Below are positions 10,386 through 19,200 of a stretch of 64,000 nucleotides of DNA, one piece after another. The notes under the pieces are model-generated. The model was not told the DNA's origin. It made no database searches and was given only the letters and a program-made list of their open reading frames with translations. The DNA lies in NCBI GenBank assembly GCA_049513915.1, contig JBEKVN010000001.1, positions 158,283 through 222,282 of the forward strand. The letters run 5' to 3'. Both the position numbers and the translations under genes were made by a program. The first letter of the stretch is position 1. Every line of letters begins with the position of its first letter. The DNA is from Candidatus Aminicenantales bacterium (GTDB lineage: Bacteria > Acidobacteriota > Aminicenantia > Aminicenantales > Saccharicenantaceae).

Positions 10386-11820
10386 CTCCTTCTATTATCT
10401 GGGCTTCCTGACGATCGTCGTGCTCCTATATTATCTGGTCGGGTCCCGCTTTCGGTGGGCGTTGTTATTATTGGCCAGCTATTATTTCTATGCCTCCTGG
10501 AAACCGGAGTATCTCCTCCTCATCGCGGGGACCACGGTCATCAACTATTTTGTCGCCGTCCTCATGGCCCGCCGGGAGGAGAAGAGGAGAAGGCGCAAGT
10601 TCCTCCTGATATCGCTGGCTTCGGGCCTGGGGCTGCTGTTTGTTTTCAAGTATTTCAATTTCTTCTCCGCCTCCATCCAGGACATCCTGCGGGGAGCCGA
10701 TGTCTTTGTTAAAAGCCCACTTCTAAACATCATGATGCCCATCGGGATCTCTTTTTATACTCTCCAGACGATCGGCTACATCTTGGACGTTTATCATGGA
10801 AGAATTGAACCCGAACGTCATCTTGGGACGTTCGCCGTATACGTTTCTTTTTTCCCGATCGTCTTATCAGGCCCGATCGAGCGCTCGAAGCACCTCCTGC
10901 CGCAACTTCAACGTGAGAACAAAATGGCCTTTTCTTACGAGAATATTTCCAGGGGGGCGAAACTGATCATCCTGGGATTATTCTACAAGTTGGTGGTCGC
11001 CGACAGGGCGGCGATCTATGTGAACGCGGTTTTTGCCAACGCCGACAAGCACTCGGGCCTTACCTTTCTAGTCGCCACGATATTCTTCAGTTTTCAAATT
11101 TACAGCGACTTTGCCGGTTATTCATATGTCGCCATCGGGTCCGCCAAGCTTCTGGGCATCGATATCATGCAGAATTTCAACCGCCCCTTATTTGCCGCCT
11201 CCATCAAGGATTTCTGGCGCAGATGGCACATCTCGCTTTCCACCTGGCTCAGGGATTACGTCTTTCTCCCTCTGGCCTATTCCTTTTCGCGAATGCTGAA
11301 AAAAGAAAGATATCTGTCTATCCGGACGGACCGGATCATCTACTTCTGTGCCATTTTTGTCACTTTCTTCCTCTGCGGTCTCTGGCATGGTGCGAATTGG
11401 ACGTTTATCGTCTGGGGGTGCTTGCACGGCTTCTACCTGGCCGTTGAGAATATTCTGAAGCGGAAAACGAGGCCCCGGCTCTTGAACATTGGCCTCACCT
11501 ACATCCTTGTCTTGTTCACCTGGGTATTTTTCCGGGCGGCTTCGATCGGTGATGCCCTGGCCATTGTCGGCAAAATGTTTACGAAACCGGGTTCGCTTTA
11601 TATCCCCCAAGGTTCGGATATCGTCGCGCCAATTTATGCCGGGATGGCCATACTCATTTTGCTCGCGATGGAATTCAAGCAGGAATTTTTTCCAGCCCGG
11701 TTTTCCTTCTTTAATAACGAGCGGGAGCTCGTCCGCGTGTTTTCTTATGCGGCGATTATTGCCCTGATACTGAGTCTGGGAGTTTTTGATGGCGGGCAGT
11801 TCATCTATGCACAGTTCTGA
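10375..11820 (+). CDS. MBOAT-family membrane O-acyltransferase (AlgI/DltB-like)
   Basis: Classic MBOAT block FWRRWHISLSTWLRDYVF (with catalytic His) and a polytopic membrane topology. Confidence 0.85.
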   Translation: MRFNSFYYLGFLTIVVLLYYLVGSRFRWALLLLASYYFYASWKPEYLLLIAGTTVINYFVAVLMARREEKRRRRKFLLISLASGLGLLFVFKYFNFFSASIQDILRGADVFVKSPLLNIMMPIGISFYTLQTIGYILDVYHGRIEPERHLGTFAVYVSFFPIVLSGPIERSKHLLPQLQRENKMAFSYENISRGAKLIILGLFYKLVVADRAAIYVNAVFANADKHSGLTFLVATIFFSFQIYSDFAGYSYVAIGSAKLLGIDIMQNFNRPLFAASIKDFWRRWHISLSTWLRDYVFLPLAYSFSRMLKKERYLSIRTDRIIYFCAIFVTFFLCGLWHGANWTFIVWGCLHGFYLAVENILKRKTRPRLLNIGLTYILVLFTWVFFRAASIGDALAIVGKMFTKPGSLYIPQGSDIVAPIYAGMAILILLAMEFKQEFFPARFSFFNNERELVRVFSYAAIIALILSLGVFDGGQFIYAQF

Positions 11821-11826
11821 TCAACG

Positions 11827-12789
11827 ATGAATAAGCAGATATTGCTCCTCGTTTCCAAATCCATCAAAGTCATCCTCTGCATATTTCTCATCGATCTTAT
11901 TTTTGGAGAAATCCATAGGTACGTCTTTTTTCAGCAGACGTCGGGGAAATTCTACCGCATCAACTATACGATGGATGTATCGACCGACGAACTTCTCATT
12001 TTTGGCAGTTCCCACGCGGCCGCCCACTATGTTCCCGACGTCTTTGAAAAGGAACTGGGCTTATCCTGCTACAACGCGGGCGTCGCGGGGCAACAGATAT
12101 TGGTTCATAAGACGTTGCAGGAGATCATGCTCCAAAGAACGACTCCTAAGATCATGGTCTTGGATATCGATACGAATGGGTTTTATCAAGATACCTACCA
12201 TTACGATAGGCTGTCGGATCTCCATCCGTTCTATTCTAAGCATGCCGATATCATCGGGAAAGTCCTGGCCCTAAAGTCCGGGCTGACCAAGTATTTTCTC
12301 AGATCGAAGTTATATCAGTATAATTCAACGATTGTCCATGTCGTCAGGTACTGGCTCGCACCTCAAAGGGACAGGAAAGGGTACCAGGCGACATTTGTCG
12401 AGCTGCCCAAGCCGGCGCAAAGGGCGCCTGACCGGCGGGAGGACCAGCCACCCCCTGTACGAAAGACTAGGCCGTTCGATAAGAACCTGATTGCCGCTCT
12501 TGAGCAGTTCGTGCTAAACGCAAAGCAAAGGAATGTCGGACTTATTTTTACCATTTCTCCGACTCTCGACTATACAAGGACATCGGCTGATGATTCCGTG
12601 GAAGAAATACGCTCTATCGCCGACAAATACGGTATCGAATTAATCAACTATATCAACAACCCTGATTTTCTAGGTCACTACGAGCTATTCGCCGATTCCG
12701 GCCATTTGAATGACCCGGGGGCGAGATTGTTCTCCAGGATGGTTGCCGACAAGATCAAGCAAAAGTTCCCGGATCTTCTCCGGAACTAG
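11827..12789 (+). CDS. SGNH/DltD-AlgJ-like O-acyltransferase partner of the MBOAT protein
   Basis: N-terminal TM anchor, GDS-like block FGSSHAAAHY and C-terminal DxxH block FADSGHLND. Immediately downstream of the MBOAT gene, as in AlgI/AlgJ and DltB/DltD pairs. Confidence 0.55.
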   Translation: MNKQILLLVSKSIKVILCIFLIDLIFGEIHRYVFFQQTSGKFYRINYTMDVSTDELLIFGSSHAAAHYVPDVFEKELGLSCYNAGVAGQQILVHKTLQEIMLQRTTPKIMVLDIDTNGFYQDTYHYDRLSDLHPFYSKHADIIGKVLALKSGLTKYFLRSKLYQYNSTIVHVVRYWLAPQRDRKGYQATFVELPKPAQRAPDRREDQPPPVRKTRPFDKNLIAALEQFVLNAKQRNVGLIFTISPTLDYTRTSADDSVEEIRSIADKYGIELINYINNPDFLGHYELFADSGHLNDPGARLFSRMVADKIKQKFPDLLRN

Positions 12790-13954
12790 AGTATCCTTGG
12801 TTCACATTCCGAACTATGTACCTGATATCCTTGGGCTTGAGAGTGTAAAAACTGGGGATGACCAGCGTTCTTCTCAATGTGCGCTCAGCTGATGGACAGT
12901 CACCTTCATAGCCATAGTGTTCTGCGGCGCCCGTTATGACTTCTTCGTAAGGTCTCGATGTGCCGACCCCGCGGTCCCGAAGATAGGTCGCTATCATGTC
13001 CCGCTGTTCGGTCGACGGAAGAATGATGGGATACATGAAGCGATTGGAATAGGCCCGGGGCCTTTCGAGGCACAGCATTCGAGGATCCAATTGCAGATTG
13101 TGCTCGAAATACTCGGCGTTAGCCCTTTGCGATGCAATCATGGAATCCAGCCGGGGCATCCGTCTCCGGACCGTCGCCAAGTCCGATGCGAAGATGCGGC
13201 TTATGACAATAGGCGACTTATCCGCAAACTCGGTCTTTCTATTGTAAACGGCCCATATCCGGGAACCCACCAGCCCCCAGAGGGGCTGGCTGCGGAGCTT
13301 CGACCTGATATAGGTTTCCATGATGTGTTTCATTTCCTCGGCACGGGTGGGCACGGGCAGGGCCGCGGTCAATTCGGAGATGCGAGCGCGGAGATCCGTC
13401 TTGCCCGAATAGAGCGCTCCTCCCTCGCCCACGGAGAGGTATTTTCCCGACCGGAAGCTGAAGAAGGATATATCCCCGAATGACCCACAGGCTCGGCCGT
13501 CGAGCTTGCTTCCGATGGACTGGGCGCAATCTTCGATCACCGGCTTGCCCTCAATGATTTCGAGGATCTTCGGCATGTCGCAGAGGTTTCCGAACATGTG
13601 GACCGCCATCAGGACATCAATACCGGAACGCTTCGCCCGCAGGTCCTCGAGCGATATGCAGAAGGTCTCGGGATCTATGTCCAGAAACCTCGGCACGCAG
13701 TCCGCCGCCTTGATGGCCTTGAATACGACCGGGCAACAATAGAGAGGGACTCCGATCCTCGACCCAGGCGGCATACCGAGGGCCTTGAGGGCGACGATCA
13801 CCGCGGCTCTCGCCGATCTGACGGGGATCCCATTGCCAAGCCCCGGCAAGGAAATCGTAGTTTGGGATTCGACAGGTTTCCGCGCGGCTACCATGCCATG
13901 GACGACATCGCGAATGGAATACCGATGGAGTTCTGTTGGCATTAGACCTGACAT
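12755..13954 (-). CDS. DegT/DnrJ/EryC1/StrS-family aminotransferase
   Basis: PLP aminotransferase fold of the DegT type; its size and composition (399 aa) are typical. Confidence 0.75.
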   Translation of the reverse strand: MSGLMPTELHRYSIRDVVHGMVAARKPVESQTTISLPGLGNGIPVRSARAAVIVALKALGMPPGSRIGVPLYCCPVVFKAIKAADCVPRFLDIDPETFCISLEDLRAKRSGIDVLMAVHMFGNLCDMPKILEIIEGKPVIEDCAQSIGSKLDGRACGSFGDISFFSFRSGKYLSVGEGGALYSGKTDLRARISELTAALPVPTRAEEMKHIMETYIRSKLRSQPLWGLVGSRIWAVYNRKTEFADKSPIVISRIFASDLATVRRRMPRLDSMIASQRANAEYFEHNLQLDPRMLCLERPRAYSNRFMYPIILPSTEQRDMIATYLRDRGVGTSRPYEEVITGAAEHYGYEGDCPSAERTLRRTLVIPSFYTLKPKDIRYIVRNVNQGYSSSGEDPGTFA

Positions 13955-13961
13955 CGGCGCC

Positions 13962-14954
13962 TCAGGAGTTTCCCGTGCCGGAGTCTTTCAGCATATGTCT
14001 CTCGGCATCGACGATATCTCCTCCGCTGCGAACCCGGGCCGCTAGGCCGTAAAGGCGGTATTTCAGAGGACGAAGAGGATACTTCCATATGTAACCGTGC
14101 TTGAGTGTCGCCCCAAAGCGTTTCTTAAACAGGCCAAGCGCTTCTTGTTTTGAACCCTTCTCAGGGCTGATTCTGGCACCCACAAAATCATAAATTCGAA
14201 CGCCCAAGTTCTTGAACAGCCGGATGGCCTCCCAATATAGGAGCTTATTCGCGCCCTGTGGCTGGCCAAGCGCATTTCCGGCATAAATAGCATATGCGCA
14301 ATAATCGCTGTAAGCGAAGACACAAAAGCTTTGAGCGACGCCTTGCTGATCTGCGATCAAAAGTTTCCCGAATTCCGCAAGCCCCAATAGGTAGCCTTTA
14401 AAGGACTCCTGGTCCATGAAAGGGAGCTTCGAGCGCTTGAACGTATCCTTTATCAATTGATAAGCCCCTTCAAACTCTTCTCCGACCGCGTCCCGAATGA
14501 TAATGCCGGCCTTAGAAGCCGACTTGATATTCTGCCGGGTTATCCTGTCGATATTCTTCCATAGGACGTCTTCAGACTGACTTAAATCGATGACATAGCT
14601 GCCGTAGGGGGCGGCGTCGGCCCCATCCGGATAGGTACGGAAAATCGTATTCGTCGTCGCCGGAATGACCATGTCAGCGCCGATCGAGCGGAAATATTCG
14701 ATGGTTCCGTTCAAAAAGGACTTCTCTTCAGAGACGTCGAATCCCTGAACCATGGGAATGGTCTCGACCCGGAAGCGGACCATACGAAAGATGGCTTTCC
14801 GAACAATCGTGTAAGGCAGCACGCATCGGAGCTCACCCGATTCGGCAAACCCGCCCAGCCAGCCGTATTCGTCGCTCACCGCCTTCAAGAAGGATTCTTT
14901 GGCAAAAATGGGAAGCTCGGGGTGCCAGTTGATTTCGACGGGTTGAACTCTCAT
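13962..14954 (-). CDS. FemAB-family / BioF2-like GNAT-fold transferase (paralog 2)
   Basis: NKLLYWEAIRLFKNLGVRIYDFVG matches the C-terminal FemAB-type block. Confidence 0.55.
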   Translation of the reverse strand: MRVQPVEINWHPELPIFAKESFLKAVSDEYGWLGGFAESGELRCVLPYTIVRKAIFRMVRFRVETIPMVQGFDVSEEKSFLNGTIEYFRSIGADMVIPATTNTIFRTYPDGADAAPYGSYVIDLSQSEDVLWKNIDRITRQNIKSASKAGIIIRDAVGEEFEGAYQLIKDTFKRSKLPFMDQESFKGYLLGLAEFGKLLIADQQGVAQSFCVFAYSDYCAYAIYAGNALGQPQGANKLLYWEAIRLFKNLGVRIYDFVGARISPEKGSKQEALGLFKKRFGATLKHGYIWKYPLRPLKYRLYGLAARVRSGGDIVDAERHMLKDSGTGNS

Positions 14955-14980
14955 TTCATCCTTCTCAACGTGTTATCCGT

Positions 14981-15856
14981 CTATTGAAGATGGGCCAAGG
15001 CCTTTCCATAGTAGTCTCTAAGCCAGCGCATCTGCTCTTTTCTCCTGAATCGGACGAATTCCTCCGGGACCGGCTTGGCCGGATGAGTGATCATCCCCCA
15101 GAAGTATCCGGACAGAAGGAGAAACCCGGACAGGAACAGGGGCTTCGCGCTCATCTGATAGATCGAGCGCAAAAATTGCCAGACGGGATGAACCCCGAGC
15201 ATGTAGTCGCCGTGTCCGCTCTTGAAAGTATATTTCAGGAAGTGAGGGCCCGCTTTTCCCATGGGCCGGAGATGCAGGCAGGACTTTTCCGTGAAGGTCT
15301 CCGTTTTCCAACCCCTCATTCTCGCCGTCACGACGGCGGTAAGATCGATCCCTCCTCCTTTGAGTGGGATGTATCCTCCGATCGTCTCGAAGCATTCCCG
15401 CCGGAACAATTGGCAAGCCCCCGACACATGCTCCTTCCGGGAGAAACGATAGTCGTATTGGGCATCCCCCTCCCGGAAAGGCGTTCCAGCGACGCCCAGG
15501 GTCTTATCCTGGGCGAACTTGTTCAGCAAGAATTCAAAGTAATCAGCGTCAAAGGTGATGTCCGCATCGAGGTTGCCGATGATGTCGTACGGAATATGCC
15601 GTAACTTATCGCGGCCCGCGTTGAACGCTATGGCCTTGCCTCCGAAATGCCGCTCGGCCCGCTCGGGCATCCGCACGAGCTCCATCCAAGGATGTTCGCG
15701 GGCATATTTTTTGACGATCTTATCGGTTCCATCCGTGGAGCCGTCGCTGACGATCACCCACTTGGCCGGCTTGACGGTCTGGTGGATGACGGCTTGGATC
15801 GTCCGCTCGATGAAGGCCGCTTCATTCCGGGCCGGTGTGATAAGGACATAGGTCAT
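14981..15856 (-). CDS. Glycosyltransferase family 2
   Basis: VLITPARNEAAFIE and VIVSDGSTDGT are GT-A motifs. Confidence 0.75.
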   Translation of the reverse strand: MTYVLITPARNEAAFIERTIQAVIHQTVKPAKWVIVSDGSTDGTDKIVKKYAREHPWMELVRMPERAERHFGGKAIAFNAGRDKLRHIPYDIIGNLDADITFDADYFEFLLNKFAQDKTLGVAGTPFREGDAQYDYRFSRKEHVSGACQLFRRECFETIGGYIPLKGGGIDLTAVVTARMRGWKTETFTEKSCLHLRPMGKAGPHFLKYTFKSGHGDYMLGVHPVWQFLRSIYQMSAKPLFLSGFLLLSGYFWGMITHPAKPVPEEFVRFRRKEQMRWLRDYYGKALAHLQ

Positions 15857-16863
15857 GATCGTTCGTCCCGCCTCATGATCTTATCATGCACATCCCTGAA
15901 GGTTGAAATGGGGACGCCCCTGTCTCGCAGGTATGACAGGGAGGATTCGACGGTTTCGAGATCGACCAGGTCCTTCGTGTGACCGATGGCGACGATGGGC
16001 CGAAATACAGCGGGATTCCTTCGATCCTTCGCCATTTCCTGGTCCAGCATCCGGATCATTTCCGCCGCCGTCAAACGACAGAAATCGAGCTTCATCGGAT
16101 GGCGGAACCGTGCGAAATCCCTCAGACGGGCCAGCCCTTTTTGCCGATGCTGGGTTTTCGACGGGCTCTTTTGCTGCAAGCCGATTCGCTTGGCGGTGAA
16201 CATCTTCCATATCGGGACCATCTTGGTGAACGTCGGAATTTCGAGCAGGATCCCTCGGGAGTCGGGAACGTTGACGTCTTCGGAAAACGCCCAATAATAC
16301 CCGTTCTTGCGCGACCCGCGGTAATCGAGATTGTGCTGGTGTTGCAGTCCTCCTTTGAAGATGGAGGAGTCGACCCTGATGCCGTGCCCGGCGAGGGATT
16401 TTGCCGTGGCCCCGGTGGGCTGCAAGAGCCAATTCCCGGCCCGGAAGGACAGGGGGTGGTAGCCGGGCGCCCCAAGGGCCTTTTGGAGATACGCGATGGA
16501 GCGATCGATGATTTGATCTATCCGGCCCGGGGAAAGTCGACACAAGTTGTATTCGCCGTAATCAAGCTGCCATTGGGCGTCTTGGCGTCGCGCGTTATAC
16601 CACTGCGGATGCAGGTGGAGCCCGACCTCGAACCCCTCTCCATGGAATTCGCGGATCTGCCGTTCGACCAGGTCGATGGCCGGGTCCGCGCGCTCGGATC
16701 CTATGATCTCCAGCTCCGCGGCCTCGACGAAAACCACTGAGCGCGCGTTCCACTTCCGGAAGACGGCCTTCAACTTCTCGGCCGGCTCATAGACCAATTC
16801 CCTCAGCGAACCCTCGCCGTTACCGTAAATCTCGTAGTCAACCGTGAAAATGCACTCGATCAT
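15853..16863 (-). CDS. Polysaccharide deacetylase-family protein (PEP-CTERM-locus-type, CE4-like)
   Basis: CIFTVDYEIYG (Asp-x-Glu metal-binding-like) and VGLHLHPQW (His pair). Start at the internal Met (16863) forms an ATGA overlap with the upstream stop. Confidence 0.5.
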   Translation of the reverse strand: MIECIFTVDYEIYGNGEGSLRELVYEPAEKLKAVFRKWNARSVVFVEAAELEIIGSERADPAIDLVERQIREFHGEGFEVGLHLHPQWYNARRQDAQWQLDYGEYNLCRLSPGRIDQIIDRSIAYLQKALGAPGYHPLSFRAGNWLLQPTGATAKSLAGHGIRVDSSIFKGGLQHQHNLDYRGSRKNGYYWAFSEDVNVPDSRGILLEIPTFTKMVPIWKMFTAKRIGLQQKSPSKTQHRQKGLARLRDFARFRHPMKLDFCRLTAAEMIRMLDQEMAKDRRNPAVFRPIVAIGHTKDLVDLETVESSLSYLRDRGVPISTFRDVHDKIMRRDERS

Positions 16864-18059
16864 GGAACCGTCTTTCCCCGGCCCCCCTGTCCATCGAGGA
16901 GATTGGCCAGCGCCTGGAGCATCCACGCCTGAGACCACCTCATGAACGAGGTGCGTACCGTGAAGCGGGCATGTTTCTGGAAGTAGAAGAAACCCCGATT
17001 ATCCCACATGTTCCTCAGCGCCCAGCCGAGAACCGAGTCTGCGAGGTCGACGTTGTCCTTTCCGAAATCCCGGAACTCGGTCAGGGTGATCAGGCTTTGA
17101 GCGACGCTGTGGATGTCGATCGGGTAAGTGGCATCGTGATAGTACCGCGGCGCGCCGTCCTCCCGGAAAAAATGGGCCTTATAGAAATCGAAGCCGCGGC
17201 GGCTGGCTGATTCGAATTCCGTCGTTTGCCCGTATTCGCCGATACGCCGCAGTGCGACGAGATTGAAGCCCGTATGAAAGTTGTCGATCCATCGTTGGGC
17301 CGGCGCCTCGCCGTAATCCCAGGCGCCGTCCGCGTGCTGCTTCCCGACTGAGTAGCGCGCGGCGTCGAGGGCCGGCTCGAGGAACTTCCGTTCTCCCGCA
17401 AGCCGGCTGACCCGGCATAAGAACGCGGCGCCAAGAAGGTTGGCGTTATGGATTTCCGTCCGTTCCAAAGGGGTATAGCTGAAACAAGCCGTTGACGTCC
17501 CTTCTCTCCAAAAGAGCGTCTCCAGGATGAAGTCCGCGGTGCTGATCGCCGTATCAAGATGAGCGGGGTCATGTAAATACTCGAAAGCATCAAGCAGAGC
17601 ATTGGCGGCGAACGTCGAACAGATGATGTTTGGAGACCCTTTCGGCACGAGATAGGTCCTTGTTTGCCAATCGAAATTATACCCCCAACAGGAACGGCGT
17701 GGATGCCGAGACCGCAGGCCCAGGAGTTTGTCCGCCGTAAGGCTCGACAAGTCGTCTTTCCCGATAAGCCCGATTTTTTGAAGTCTCGTAATCGAGGAAA
17801 GGAAGAGCGCAATACCTTTCGGATTAGGGGTCCTCGGCACCAGGAGCAGAGGCCTGAGGTTGACGGGGCATCTTTTTACAGTTTGCGTTAGAAAGAGCCG
17901 GAAGAGCTTGAAGTTGAGGAAAGGGAAAGCCCTAAAAACCTTGCTGTTGAGCGCGTCGTAAGGGTCGAAACCCGCCCAATCATGGGCCCGGCAATAGGCC
18001 AGGAGCTTGAGCGTGGTCTCCTTGGCGCTCTCCCTGTCTGCGACTGTGGGATTGGCCAT
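16860..18059 (-). CDS. Conserved hypothetical protein, possibly an (alpha/alpha)6-barrel epimerase/hydrolase-like enzyme
   Basis: 399 aa, soluble, Trp-rich motifs (WGYNFDWQ, MWDNRGFFYF) that resemble six-hairpin sugar-modifying enzymes. No firm family assignment from sequence alone. Confidence 0.35.
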   Translation of the reverse strand: MANPTVADRESAKETTLKLLAYCRAHDWAGFDPYDALNSKVFRAFPFLNFKLFRLFLTQTVKRCPVNLRPLLLVPRTPNPKGIALFLSSITRLQKIGLIGKDDLSSLTADKLLGLRSRHPRRSCWGYNFDWQTRTYLVPKGSPNIICSTFAANALLDAFEYLHDPAHLDTAISTADFILETLFWREGTSTACFSYTPLERTEIHNANLLGAAFLCRVSRLAGERKFLEPALDAARYSVGKQHADGAWDYGEAPAQRWIDNFHTGFNLVALRRIGEYGQTTEFESASRRGFDFYKAHFFREDGAPRYYHDATYPIDIHSVAQSLITLTEFRDFGKDNVDLADSVLGWALRNMWDNRGFFYFQKHARFTVRTSFMRWSQAWMLQALANLLDGQGGRGKTVP

Positions 18060-18061
18060 GC

Positions 18062-19198
18062 TTATCCGACGGAAGCTGCCAGCAAATGCTCAAGGACCCT
18101 TTTCGCCGTGTGCCCGTCCCATAATGGCGGAATCTGTCCCGTTCGCTGTGGCCCATCAAGCACTGCGCTGACGTCGTCAATAAGGCTATCGAATTTCGTC
18201 AGACGGTTGCTTCCCATGGTCACCGTGACAGGCCGTTCCGTCGTCGGTCGGAGCGTCAGGCACGGAGTCCTGAAGAAGGTGGCTTCCTCTTGGAGACCTC
18301 CGGAATCCGTCAGCACGAGCCTGGCGTTCTCTGTGAGGCATAGAGATTCAAGATATCCGATCGGCTCCATTAAAAGCAGCCGACCCTCAGGCCGCGGGGT
18401 CAGCCCGAATTCGGTCAGGTTCTTGCGCGTGCGTGGATGAATCGGAAAGACCACCGGCAGGTCTTGCGAGAAATGTTCCAGGCCGGACATGATCGTCGAG
18501 AGATTGGTTCGCCCATCTACGTTTGACGGCCGGTGTAACGTAACATAAACAAAGCGGCCGGGTTCGAGGCCAAGTCTGGCCAGAGTGTCGAGTGAACGAG
18601 TCTTCGGCAGGCTCTCGATCAAGGAATCGATCATGATGTTGCCGACGAACTTGATCTTTTCCCCGGGAATCCCTTCATGCATAAGGTTCTCGTTGGCGTC
18701 CCGGGAGGGAGTGAGAAGCAGGTCCGCCAGGGTGTCGGTCACGATGCGATTGATTTCCTCGGGCATTGTCCGGTCGTAACTCCGAAGGCCTGCTTCAATA
18801 TGCGCGATGCGAATGCCCATTTTCGCGCAGACTAGGGCACAGGCCATCGTGGAGTTGACATCCCCCACGACCACCACCCAATCCGGCTTTTCCCGTTCGC
18901 AAACAGTCTCGAAACCCGTGAGTATCTTAGCCGTTTGAGTGGCATGCGAACCCGACCCGACTCCAAGATTGACATCGGGAGGGCGGATTCCGAGCTCCCG
19001 AAAGAAGACCTCGGACATGTTCGCGTCATAATGCTGTCCGGTATGAACGAGCAGCGCCTCTACCGTTAAGGCTGCCGGCTCCTTGATGGAATTATAGGCG
19101 CTGATTTGCTTTAGGAGAGGCCCCACCTTCATGAAATTCGGGCGGGCGCCCGCAACAACTATTATTTTCAGCTTTCGCATTCGTGCATCTTCGGCCAT
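18062..19198 (-). CDS. wecB: UDP-N-acetylglucosamine (or UDP-GlcNAc3NAcA) 2-epimerase, non-hydrolysing (copy 1)
   Basis: IIVVAGARPNFMKVGPL...HTGQHYD...DSGGLQEE are WecB/MnaA hallmarks. Confidence 0.85.
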   Translation of the reverse strand: MAEDARMRKLKIIVVAGARPNFMKVGPLLKQISAYNSIKEPAALTVEALLVHTGQHYDANMSEVFFRELGIRPPDVNLGVGSGSHATQTAKILTGFETVCEREKPDWVVVVGDVNSTMACALVCAKMGIRIAHIEAGLRSYDRTMPEEINRIVTDTLADLLLTPSRDANENLMHEGIPGEKIKFVGNIMIDSLIESLPKTRSLDTLARLGLEPGRFVYVTLHRPSNVDGRTNLSTIMSGLEHFSQDLPVVFPIHPRTRKNLTEFGLTPRPEGRLLLMEPIGYLESLCLTENARLVLTDSGGLQEEATFFRTPCLTLRPTTERPVTVTMGSNRLTKFDSLIDDVSAVLDGPQRTGQIPPLWDGHTAKRVLEHLLAASVG

Positions 19199-19200
19199 CG

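Noticed and set aside
15884-16740. Long overlapping ORFs (219 aa minus, 253 aa plus, several ~100 aa) inside the deacetylase gene at 15853-16863
   Set aside because: They are Arg/Pro/Gly-rich translations typical of off-frame reading of GC-rich DNA. They lie antisense to, or frame-shifted relative to, a gene with clear family motifs.
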